64,000 nt of DNA from Euglena gracilis (Eukaryota): NCBI GenBank assembly GCA_039621445.1, contig CP154954.1:43503847-43567846 (forward strand). Direction: 5' to 3'. Position numbers and translations under genes: made by a program. Of this stretch, positions 28,004 through 39,700 are shown piece by piece (the first letter of the stretch is position 1; every line of letters begins with the position of its first letter). The notes under the pieces are model-generated. The model did not search any database, was not told the DNA's origin, and saw only the letters and a list, made by a program, of their open reading frames with translations.

Positions 28004-31000
28004 TGGTTAGCAGATGTTGGCTCACTGACTTCGTCAGTGAGGTTTTTTCAGATTCGGTGAACGTCGTTGCAGAGATTTGTTCCGCTGCCTCTGCCAGCAG
28101 AATCAGTGCAAAGTTTTCAGATTCGGCTGAAATCACAAGCAAAGGTTGTTTCACTGACCCAGTCAGTGAAAATTTTTCAGAGACGGTCGACACGGTCACA
28201 GAGTTTTGTTCTGGTGGCTGTGCCAGCAGAATAGTGCACGAGGACAGTTTCATCAACCCTGTGGTCTGTGAATTTTCAGAAGAATCTGCAGAAATCTGCT
28301 CGTTTCCCAGTCAATCTGTCCGAATTTCAGATTGTGATGAAAATTTTCTGAGATCTTTGGCAGAAAGCTGTTTTCAGAACGAAAAGGAAACTGAATTTTC
28401 TGCAGCCCAGTTTTCGGAACCTGTGGCATCATTGCAAATCATGATGGAATCTGTGGCAGAAAATAATTTTCAGGCTGGAGAAACTTTATTGGCTTCAGGA
28501 TTTTCAGAATCGACACAGGAATCAGATTCTGATTCTGATTCGGGGAGGGGGTCATTTACATGCATTAGGCCCATCATGGTGGTAGGGCCAGAAAATTTAC
28601 AACTGGTTCCACTGCATGGCAGTGACGACGAATCAGAACCCCCAACATACGAAAGCGAATCAGAGGAAGAAAAAGGAGCTGAAAACGCCATAATTCAGGA
28701 AATGGTTATACAGAGAATGAAAGCTGCTGGCATGTGGCCAGTAAATTTTTCAGGTTTTCAGCAAATTTCTGTGTCATCACGAGACAGCAGCCCAGGGCCA
28801 GAACAAAAAATTTTGTGTTTAACAGCCCAGCCAGAACCATTGCTGTTAACACAGAGTTCAGAATCCCAGTCAGCACAGCCAGCTGCAGCCCAGCTGCAGG
28901 TTTTTCAGCCAGCCCAGCCGTTTTTGGCTGAGATATCTGTCCCAGCCCAGATGCCTGGGCAGGTTTTTCACCCAGCCCAGCAGTTTTCGGCTGGGCCATC
29001 TGTCCCAGCAATCATGGAGCCAGCCCAGATGACTTCACAGGTTTTTCAGCCAGCCCAGCAGTTTTCGGCTGAGTCATCTGTTCCAGCAATCATGGGACCA
29101 GCCCAGATGCATGGGCAGGTTTTTCAGCCAGCGTTAACAGTGTCTTCAAACACAGGCCCAGCCCAGATTTTTCAGCCAATTCAGCCAGATTTTCCACAGA
29201 CCCAGCCACAGAATTTACAGCCAAACACCAGTTTTTCTGCAGAAACTGGGTCCGAAAACCCTGAAAATCAGCATGATGTGGAAATGGAATCGGGCTATGG
29301 CCAATCTGATGATGATTGGAACAACTGGGGTGAAGAAATCAGTTGTAAAATTGAATGTTTACATGGCAGACTTTTGGTGCAGGAAGGAAAAAATCCTGAA
29401 AAAAACGGCTGAAAATCTGGTGGGAGAGGCAGAAAACAGGATAAATCAGGCATTGGCCATGTCACAGGGGCAGACATTGAATCTTGTGAATGAGGCATTG
29501 GGCATGCATGATGGGCGAATGGCTGATCACATTGCCATGGTGAAACGTGAAATTCAGGCTGAACTGAGTGCAACTGTAAACGACTTGCTTTTGCAGTTTC
29601 AGCAAAATGGTGAAATGGTGCAAAATCTGGCCCAATGCCAAAGGCATTTGTTGAGTGTGGAAATGGAACGGCAGTTTGCTGAAAAAGTGAAGAAAGTGGA
29701 GGATGGAGTAAACACGTTTTTTGAGGCCCAGGTTGAGGGGTTGAGAAAAAATGAGAGGGATTTTTCTCAGAAACTGTCGATTTTGGAAAAATCTGTGGGG
29801 GAGATTCACGTGGTGGTGCAACAAGTGGGGGAGAAGGAAAAACAGCAGGAAATTGCTGTTAATCAGGTCAAATCTGCATTCGGTGAGCTAAGCTCTAGTC
29901 TGGAGGGACGCTTTGGGATCATTTTTCAGCAATGCAAAGGTTTGGGGGAGACTGAGTGTGCCAAATTTCAGGCGCAGGCTGAGAAATTGAAGGAATTTTC
30001 ACAGTCCCTGGAGCGAGAGAGCAAAGCTCTGAATGATCGTTTGGGGAGGTTGGAGAATTTTCTGGGTCGGAAAGATTTTCCCATTGAGAAAGTCTGTGAC
30101 CTGATTAACAAGAGTGAGGAAACAATTCGGTTGGAGGTGCAAAGGGAGTTGGGGCTGCAAACGAGAAAGAATTTGGAGGTCATTATCAGTGAAATGTTGC
30201 AGGAAAGGTTGAGGCTGAGTGAAAGGGAGGGGCAGTTTGAGAAAGTTCGGGCTGAAATGGAAAATTCGATGAAACAGCAGGTTGGAGTTTTACTGCAACA
30301 GCAGTCCAGTGAACTTTTTAAAGAACAGCAGGAGCAGAAAAAACTACAGCAAAAGCTGGATTTATTTCAGGCTGAGTTTTTGGTGATGAAAAATCAGCAA
30401 GCTCAATCTGCCAAATCTGCGACAGTGGATCTGACAAAGGAAACGAGAGAAAAATCAGCTGGAAACCCAGAAATCGAAGAGTTTGATCTTTTTGGTTACA
30501 ACGATTTACCTGTGATCGAGAAAAATCCGGTTGAAATTGAAGGCTATGAATACGCTGAACCAGGGTCACATGCGACACATGTCAGGCAGGTTTGTGCACG
30601 ACCTGTGGGGGCAGTGCCTGCAGGTGCAGGGCTGGTTTCATCAAATGCAGTGGCAACGCATCAATTGATGAAAAACCTGGTAGCTCCAAATTTTTCTGGA
30701 CAGCCAAAAGACTGGTCGTCCTTTGTGCGGGATTGGGATCAATATTTCAGGACGTTGGTTATTTTGCAAAATGGACATATGTCTGATTCACTCAAACTTC
30801 AGCTTTTTGCAATGACGCTGGACGACACAAATCAAAAGGAATTGCAATTCCGACTGGAATTGAACGGAAAAAACTCTTTTCGAGGAGGAATTTGACAGGC
30901 TTGAAGGGAAATATGCTGGAATCCCAACACACCTGTGCCAGAAAAAAATGGTATGATGTGAACCTCGTGAACCAAGGGAAAATTACCGTACGGGAATGGC

Positions 31001-31982
31001 GAGATTTTGTCATAAATTTCAGAATAGCCTGGAGACAGGTGAAAAGCGCCACTGACGATGAGGCAGAAAGACTGGTCAAGGGAAAACTGCCAAATTTCAT
31101 TTTGCATTGGGTCGCCGATGAGGAGGAAAGGAAATCAACGTGTGGACCGAAAGTCAAAATGTACCCTGGAGTGCCTGCAACCTGAGGAAAACATTATTTG
31201 TGCCGTGGAACGTGTCACTGGGGAAAAGCCCTGCAAGGTTTCGAAAGTTTCACCGCTGGAGTTCGAAGTCTTTTTGCCCAACACTACGATTTGCGACAAA
31301 CTGAAAGAGGTCAGTGGGAAACCAATCACAGGCACGGATAAAAGGATCAAAATTGTGGAGGAACAGCCAAAAATGGGAGCTGAAGAAATTTTCCGTTTTG
31401 TTGAGCGAAAATTGTCATCCAGGGATTCTCAAGACATAATACACAGTTCCAGAGAGCCAAATGGGTTTGGAAATCGGAGGGCCAGGTCTGCAAAGGCAGA
31501 TCGGGCCAAGGGGTCCAGGACACCCTCCACAGCACGGTCAGCAAAGGGGGGCGAAACGGTGGCAAAACCGTCCGTTGGAAAACCAGATTCACAGGTGGCA
31601 GCTCCTGCGACCAATGCAAACGTGCACCCCCCAGTGCAAAATCCAGTTCCAGTGATTTCGATCACAGTCATTGCCACCAACCCCCCCGGTTATCCTACTC
31701 ACAACCCTCCAGCAATCTCAATTTGGCAATGAGGGGGGATGGAGAAACGATTCTGGGTGGAATTCCAATGCCAATGCCAATTTTCAGGGAAATCAGTGGT
31801 GGAACTCAAATCAACAGAATTTTGATTCGCAGTCTGGTGGTGGCAAAGGCAAAGGCAAAGGAAAGGGCAAAGGAAACAATTCCTGGGAGAAAGGAAACAA
31901 TGGAAATGACTGGTCTAGGGGAAAGGGCCAGGACGGTGGAAAAGGCAAAGGCAAAGGAAGGGGGAAAGGAAACCGTTGCTAG
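28003..31982 (+). pseudogene. Gypsy gag-like ORF (frameshifted; QVFQPAQ repeats, coiled coil, GKGKG-rich C-terminus)
   Basis: A chain of overlapping ORFs (to 29412, 29273-30895, 30892-31185, 31058-31732, 31671-31982). A capsid-like segment PNFSGQPKDWSSFVRDW is present. Confidence 0.7.
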
Positions 31983-32105
31983 GATAGCCGGGGTGGACCG
32001 TTCGGGACGGGAGCCGCCCCGGGCTCGCATACCCAGCCCCACACAAAGACATACACAAATCCCAGGTGGCAAGAAAAATCTCGTGCGAGTGAAAACGAAA
32101 GCACG

Positions 32106-33140
32106 ATGAAAAATCTGCCATACCAGGAGATCTCTACACAAGGTGTGTCCAGTGTGTCGGGTGCGTGCATGCGTGACGTGCAAATCTGTGACTCGGCCCA
32201 AATCTGTAAAAAATCAGATCCCATAAGGGATCGTGCACAGCCTTCCGTAAAGAAAAGAGCTTTAGACCTTTTTTGCGGTAAAGGCTCGGTTGGGGATTGC
32301 CTGAGAGAGCAGGGGTTTAAGGTTGTGTCAGTGGACATAAACCCCAGATTTAACCCAACCCACTGTGCAAATGTTTTGGAGTGGAGATATTGGAGGTACC
32401 CCCCCGGATATTTTCAGATCATTGCTGCGGGGGTGCCCTGTACAGAATATAGCTTGGCCAAAACATTGGGAGTCAGAAATTTGGAGGGGGCAGATCGGCT
32501 GGTCAAAAAAACTTTGGAGATTGTCGAATACTTCAAGCCAAAATTGTGGTGGATTGAAAATCCCCGTCATGGACTTTTGCGGAAAAGACCCTGTGTTCAA
32601 AATCTGACTTTTGTCGATGTTGATTATTGTCAATTTTCAGATTGGGGATATCAAAAGCCCACCCGAATCTGGGGGAGCGAAAATCTGAGCAAGCTACAAA
32701 ACAAACTTTGTGATGGCCAGACCTGCCCGAATTTGATTCCTGGGGGGAGGAGTCACCGAGAAAAGTTGGGAGGATATGGAATGACAGTTGGTACTCAAAA
32801 AAAATGGAGGATGCCCAAACAACTGGTGGAGTATTTGTTAACCGTGTTGGAACGAAAAAGCGGATATCGTAGGGAGGATTATGCTGTTAGGAAAGTTTGT
32901 ATGGAGGAAATTGAGAAGGAATTTCGGGTTAAGGCGGAACGGGATTGTTTTGCAACCAGCCAAAATGCCAGGTGTGAAAAGTTTTACGGGGAGGATGATG
33001 ATGCCATGAAAAAGGATTGGGGGGCGGAGGAAACGTTGTGGATGAATCCCCCCTGGACTTTGTGGCCTGAGGTGGCTGAAAAATTGCAAAATTCCAATTG
33101 TCGGGCAATTTGTATTTGCCCAGACTGGAACAGGAGGTGA
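32106..33140 (+). CDS. Fused C5-cytosine DNA methyltransferase plus Dam-like N6-adenine methyltransferase (3' end truncated)
   Basis: C5 motifs: DLFCGKG (I), VSVDIN (II), AGVPC (IV, 32436), IENP (VI, 32556), QKPTRIW (VIII-like). These continue in frame into DCFAT..NARC..DAMKKDW..WMNPPW (33045)..ICPDW. Confidence 0.88.
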   Translation: MKNLPYQEISTQGVSSVSGACMRDVQICDSAQICKKSDPIRDRAQPSVKKRALDLFCGKGSVGDCLREQGFKVVSVDINPRFNPTHCANVLEWRYWRYPPGYFQIIAAGVPCTEYSLAKTLGVRNLEGADRLVKKTLEIVEYFKPKLWWIENPRHGLLRKRPCVQNLTFVDVDYCQFSDWGYQKPTRIWGSENLSKLQNKLCDGQTCPNLIPGGRSHREKLGGYGMTVGTQKKWRMPKQLVEYLLTVLERKSGYRREDYAVRKVCMEEIEKEFRVKAERDCFATSQNARCEKFYGEDDDAMKKDWGAEETLWMNPPWTLWPEVAEKLQNSNCRAICICPDWNRR

Positions 33141-33786
33141 TGGGAGGATGGGAGAATGATGGGAGGATTTTGAGGGGAACCCGTTGGCGGGTGTGGGCCT
33201 TGTTGATCGATAGAAGGCAACCCTCCCAGGGGGGGGGCAGCCCCAGGGAAGAAAAAATTGGTGCGGCTGAAAAAAAGAATGTTGAGGGGGACGAAAACTC
33301 GGGGAGGAGCAAACTCGGGGAGGAGCGAAAAAAGGGGGGGGAGGACGGCGAGTTAAACAGGCAAAGGGGAACAAAAGAAAAAAGGGGAAAAAAACGGCCA
33401 GAATGATTCGGGGGGGAGGACAGAGGTGAAAACCTCATTTGTGAGGAAAGGGTTGATAGGGGGAAGGATCCTGGACCAAAGGTGAAATGACAAAAAATTG
33501 GAAAGGAAAATGATTGGCGGGGTGTGGAATAAGAGAAGTGAAAAAATTGATGAAAAACATTAAAGGATGTGGAATTGTTGTGGCAATTGGTCTTTTTCCA
33601 TGGTTGGCAAAGCATTTTTATTTCACAAAGAATGAGCAAGCCCCGTGATTTGCGGGGTGTTGTGACACAAGTTCGGGAAAGACGGAGGGGTCGCACATTT
33701 GTGGGAAATGGGACACGGCTTGGACGGTTGGTTGGGTTGCCGGGGGGTTGGACCAGGAATTTGAGTGATGAGGGGGGGGTTGCCAT

Positions 33787-35189
33787 TTGGAGGGAAGTGA
33801 CCCCCCAGTGACAAGTTATCAACCGAAAATTGGGAGGGGGAAGGACAAAAAAGAGGAGGAACGGGTAGTCAAGTTGAGGGAACAAGTTTTGGAAGATTAC
33901 CGGGGGACGGTATTTCGGTCATCGCCATTTCCAGACCCCCCCGAAAGAGGACAATATGGTTATGCATACATACCTTTGAAGGAGGGGGCAAAGCCAACCA
34001 GACAGAAGCCTTTTTTCATGCACGGTGAGAGGAAAGAGGCACTTGAAAAAATCACCCAAGACTGGCTCGACAAAAAATACATTGAGCCAGCCACAGCCAA
34101 AAATTCAGAATGGCTGTCCCAGACTTTTCCAGTTCCAAAAAAATCCAACGATTTTCCGTGGAGGGGGGTGGTGGACCTCAGGGGGCCAAACAGCCAAACA
34201 AGGCGATGCAACTACCCCCTACCCAAAATTGAAGACATTTTGGTCAAACATGGTGCAAACCAAATGTTTTCGATTATCGATTTGAAGCAAGCTTTTTTTC
34301 AACAACAACCCTTACACCCAGAAAGTCGACCCATAACGTGTTGTTTCACCCCCAAAGGGATTTTTCAGTGGAGGGTGAACGTAATGGGTTTGACAAATGC
34401 CCCCCAGCAATTTCAGCAAATGATCGATGACCGTTTGACACCAGTAAGGGATATCGCCACAGGGTACATAGACGACATACTGGTGGGGACAACGGTCGGG
34501 GAAGGGGAGGATCTAGTGGGGGCACATGAAAAAGATTTGAGAAGGGTGTTGGAGGTGCTGAAAACAGAACTTTTGGTGGCTGATGAATTCAAAGCCAAAC
34601 TTTTTGTGGAGGAGGTTGAATTTTGTGGACAAATTTTAGGAAACGGGACTAGGAGGCCAGCACCGGGTAAGTTACGAGCGATCGAAAAGTGGGAGGTTCC
34701 AAAAACAATTACGGCTTTGAGAGCCTTTTTCGGATTCACAAATTATTACAATGCATACATTCACATGTATGCGGAAGTAGCTGCCTGGTTGCAAGACAAG
34801 TTGAAAGTCCCCAGGGAGGTGGGAAAGAAAGGAAGTCGAAAACCTGTGGAATTTGATGGGGAGGATTTAAAAGCTTTTGAGGAACTGAAAAAAAGGTTGT
34901 GTTCGGGCCTGATGTTGCAACGAGTAGACCCAGATAAACCCTTTGTGCTAAGGGTTGATGCCAGTGGGTACGCCGTTGGGGCAACGTTAGAGCAAATGAA
35001 GGAGGGGGGAGGAAGACCCACAGTCCAGGATGTGATTGAGAAAAAAACTGTGCCAGTGGCTTTTATGTCTCGAAAATTGACCGAGGGGCAAAGAAAATGG
35101 ACCCCCAGGGAGTTGGAGACGTATGCCATAATTTTGGCACTACAAAAATGGAGAGTTGGATTGGATTGCAACCCGTTTTGGTTTTAACC
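33787..35189 (+). pseudogene. Gypsy reverse transcriptase and RNase H (5' part)
   Basis: WRGVVDLRGPN, IIDLKQAF, MGLTNAP, YIDD (34465), VDASGYAVGA, AFMSRKL, RELE. The frame is broken at ..PVLVLT. Confidence 0.93.
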
Positions 35190-36791
35190 GTTATAACCAC
35201 CCCCCTGGTGGGGGGTTACACGAACCCATTCGGTGGACAAATGAGAAGTGCTACCTCCACCCCAGGGTTGGATGGGAAGCCATTCGGTATTGAGGTAGGT
35301 GGTAGGGGGGGGTCCCGACCACCCCGCGGGTGAGGTGGAAGGGGGGGGTCCGGGCCCCACCTGCCCCCCCCTCCTTGACAGGTGCTAAAAAATAGCAGAA
35401 AATTTTCTTCCAGCGCTGCGCGCCGGAAAATGAGCAAAAACACCTCTTTTGCTGACCTTTGGCCATATTGACCATTTTTTGATGTGCTGGTTTTTTCCCC
35501 CCAAAAATGTTTAAAAAATTTCAAAAAATGAGCATTTTTGGATCGATTTTCAAAAAAATCAGGGATTTTTGACCGTTTTCGACCCGATTTCTGTCCCTTT
35601 GCCCGGTCCGACCCCCCCCCCTCAAGGCTTCCCATCCAACCCTGTCCACCCCCCCTCCAGGAAACTGTCCTCCCAAGAAAATGTTGTCTGCACCCACCCG
35701 TACGTAGGGGGACTTGTCTCCTGCCCTTGTATCCAGTGACCATTTTCCTCAATTTTTTTAAGTTATTGATTTTTTTTTGTTTTCAAAGAGGCAATTTCCG
35801 GGGTCAAAGAATTCCAAACTTTTTTCAGGCTCTGGTGACAAATCTTGTGAAAAAAGCTGCTTTTACCCAAAAATTACCGTTCAATTTTTTCCCACTGACC
35901 TCAGACCTGCCTGGGAAACTGTCTTCTCTCTTCCGTACCTGGCAGTCTTTTTCAGTCGGGTGCCTGCCCCACGGGGGGGGAGGGGTTCAAGGGGCAGGCA
36001 CCCCACAGCACCCCTGCCGATCCCCGCGGGGGGATATGATTTGGGGGGGTGGCAGGCATCCCAATCCCGCAGGCAACCTATAGCACCCACCCCACCTCTC
36101 CCCCCGGTTAAAAAAAAGCCTGGTGCCTGCTGACCTGACCTCCTCTGTACTCGCTGATTTGTCCGGAGACAGTTTCCCAGAAAGAGGGGAGGAATTCTGT
36201 GCTTGCACTGGAAACTGCCCTGCCGGTGAGTCAGACACCAACACCACCGCACCAACGCTGCCGCCGGTCCAACAGCGACGACCCCGACGCCCACGCCCGA
36301 CGTCGCCCTCCTCCAACAGATGCAGCCTCCTGAGGTCGCCCGCAGCCTCCCAGCAGCCCCGCAGCCCCCTTTCAGCCCGCGGCGCCCTGGACGCTGTACC
36401 CTCTGGCAGCCCTCTCTGACCCTCTCTGACAGTGTGGACCTCAGCCCCCGGCAGCCGCCTGGCAGCTTTCTGACAACATTGTGACATTGTGATGCCGGGA
36501 AACTGTGCTTTACCCTGTGTACCCGCCAACCTAACCTTTCGTCGTACCCTGGACCTGTCTCCCACCCCTGCACATGCTGATTTGTCTCCTTGTTTTTTTC
36601 TCCAAAAAGCCAATTTCCAGGGTTAAAAAATTCCGAACATTTTATCCAAGCTTCCAGTCACAAATTTGTAAAAAAAAAATGCTTTTCGGGTTTTTTTTTC
36701 GTCACTGGGGGCCAATAATTCAACTTTTCCCCCTCTGACCCTGACCCGCCCGGGAAAGTGGCCCAGCTGTGTACGCGCCTGGCCCCCCCCC

Positions 36792-39700
36792 CAGTGGGTC
36801 GGCAAGCAATGGTGTGTATTCGCTGACTTCTCAGGGACCTTCTCCTATCTCTGCACTTGCTGATTTGTCTGGAGACAATTTCCTAGGGGTCAGGTGTGTG
36901 GGCCAATGAACACAAAAATACAACTTCTTAAAAGACTTTGGGGAAATCGAGTAAGCAAATTACACAATGACTGAAAGAGAGCAAAATGGGGAAAGAACCA
37001 ACTCCAACACAACTTTTGTGTTATACAGACCATCGGCTCTACCCTGACTGCACTGCTCCTTGCAATCACGGTTTTTGGTGGTGACACCACGTCGCCACCC
37101 CACTCCACATCCTCTGCAACCCCCGGGCCGTGTCCGGATGACCTCGCTTGGCCTCGGTTCGCCCTGGCCGAGCGAGGGTTCCCGGCGCGGAACGGGGTGC
37201 TACACCAGCCACCTGAAACCCCATCGCCTGAACCACCGACTCCCACAACTCTGGCTCAACCCCCGAAGCCCCACAGCTCTGGCTCAAACCCCGAAGCCCC
37301 ACAGCTCTGGCTCAACCCCCGAAGCCCCTGGCCACCTTGGGCCCACCCCCGCAGCTCTGGCCACCCTGCCCCCCCCCCCAACCCCTGCAGCTCCCGCCCC
37401 CCCCCCACCCCCGCAGCTCTGGCCACCCTCCCCCCACCACCCCCGCAGCTCCCGGCGACCCACACTGCCCCCCTTCCCAGCTGCCCCGCAGCCCCCTTTC
37501 AGCCCACGCCGCCCTGGACGCTGTACCCTCTGGCAGCCCTCTCTGCCCCTCTCTGGCAGTGTGGACCTCAGCCCCCGGCAGCCGCCTGGCCGCTTTCTGA
37601 CAACATTGTGACATTGTGATGCCGGGAAACTGTGCTTTACCCTCTGTACCCGCCAACCTAACTCGTACCCTGGACCTGTCTCCCACCCTTGCACATGCTG
37701 ATTTGTCTCCTTGTTTTTTTCCCTCCAAAAAAGCCAATTCCCAGGGTGAAAAAGTTCCGAGCATCTCATCCAAGCTTCCAGTCACAAATTTGTAAAAAAA
37801 AATGCTTTTTGGGTTTTTTTCGTCACCGGGTGCCAATAATTCAACGTTTCCCCCTCTGACCCTGACCCGCCCGGGAAAATGGCCCAGCTGTGTACGCGCC
37901 AGAGGGGGGGAGGTTGGTTATTGGGATTTTGTCCCTACCCCTCAACCCGGAAATAGTTTTCCCGGGAAACTGTCCTTGACCCTCTGTACCGCACCGGGGT
38001 GGCTATTTTCGGAGTGAGTGACTTTTTGGCTCCTCCCTGGGAGTGGGGTGGGGTCGGCCACCTGGACCAAAGGCGGCGGGAATTTTTTGGGGGTTTTTTT
38101 GACCAAAATTCATTTATTTTCAGCCAATTTTTTTTGCCATTTTGTCATTTTGGCCAAGTGGCCAAAGTGACTGACCATCCCCCCTGGGGGGGGGGTAGGG
38201 TGTGGGTGATTGGTTTTTGGAAGTGGGTGGCTGGTTTTTTAAAAAGTCACTGACTGGATTTTTGAAAATGGAAAGTGACCCCCCCCCCCAGTGGGTCGGA
38301 AAGCAATGGTGTGTGTTCGCTGTCTTCTTAGGGACCTTCTCCTATCTCTGCACTTGCTGATTTGTCTGGAGACAATTTCCTAGGTGTCAGGTGTGTGGGC
38401 CAGTGAACACAAAAATACAACTTCTTAAAAGACTTTGGGGAAATCGAGTAAGCAAATTCCACAATGACTGAAAGAGAGCAAAATGGGGAAAGAACCAACT
38501 CCAACACAACTGACTGCACTGCTCCTGGCAATCCTGGTTTTTGGTGGTGGCAAAGGAGGCTGCCTGCAATGACACCACGTCGCCACCCCACTCCACATCC
38601 TCTGCAACCCCCGGGCCGTGTCCGGATGACCTCGCTTGGCCTCGGTTCGCCCTGGCCGAGCGAGGGTTCCCGGCGCGGAACGGGGTGCCACACCAGCCAC
38701 CTGAAACCCCATCGCCTGAACCACCGACTCCCACAACTCTGGCTCAACCCCCGAAGCCCCACAGCTCCGGCTCAAACCCCGAAGCCCCACAGCTCTGGCT
38801 CAACCCCCGAAGCCCCTGGCCACCTTGGGCCCACCCCCGCAGCTCTGGCCACCCTGCCCCCCCCCAAACCCTGCAGCTCCCGCCCCCCCCCACCCCCGCA
38901 GCTCTGGCCACCCTCCCCCCACCACCCCCGCAGCTCCCGGCGACCCACACTGCCCCCCTTCCCAGCTGCCCCGCAGCCCCCTTTCAGCCCACGCCGCCCT
39001 GGACGCTGTACCCTCTGGCAGCCCTCTCTGCCCCTCTCTGGCAGTGTGGACCTCAGCCCCCGGCAGCCGCCTGGCCGCTTTCTGACAACATTGTGACATT
39101 GTGATGCCGGGAAACTGTGCTTTACCCTCTGTACCCGCCAACCTAACTCGTACCCTGGACCTGTCTCCCACCCTTGCACATGCTGATTTGTCTCCTTGTT
39201 TTTTTCCCTCCAAAAAAGCCAATTCCCAGGGTGAAAAAGTTCCGAGCATCTCATCCAAGCTTCCAGTCACAAATTTGTAAAAAAAAAATGCTTTTCGGGT
39301 TTTTTTCGTCACCGGGGGCCAATAATTCAACGTTTCCCCCTCTGACCCTGACCCGCCCGGGAAAATGGCCCAGCTGTGTACGCGCCAGGGGGGGGGAGGT
39401 TGGTTATTGGGATTTTGTCCCTACCCCTCAACCCGGAAATAGTTTTCCCGGGAAACTGTCCTTGACCCTCTGTACCGCACCGGGGTGGCTATTTTCGGAG
39501 TGAGTGACTTTTTGGCTCCCCCCTGGGAGTGGGGTGGGGTCGGCCACCTGGCACCAAAGGCGCCGGGAATTTTTTGGGGTTTTTTTTTGACCAAAATTCA
39601 TTTATTTTCAGCCAATTTTTTTTGCCATTTTGTCATTTTGGCCAAGTGGCCAAAGTGACTGACCATCCCCCCTGGGGGGGGGGGGGGGTAGGGTGTGGGT

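Noticed and set aside
32106-33140. Bacterial restriction-modification system or contamination
   Set aside because: The ORF lies between gag and RT within matching LTRs and a TSD. There is no nuclease or operon context.
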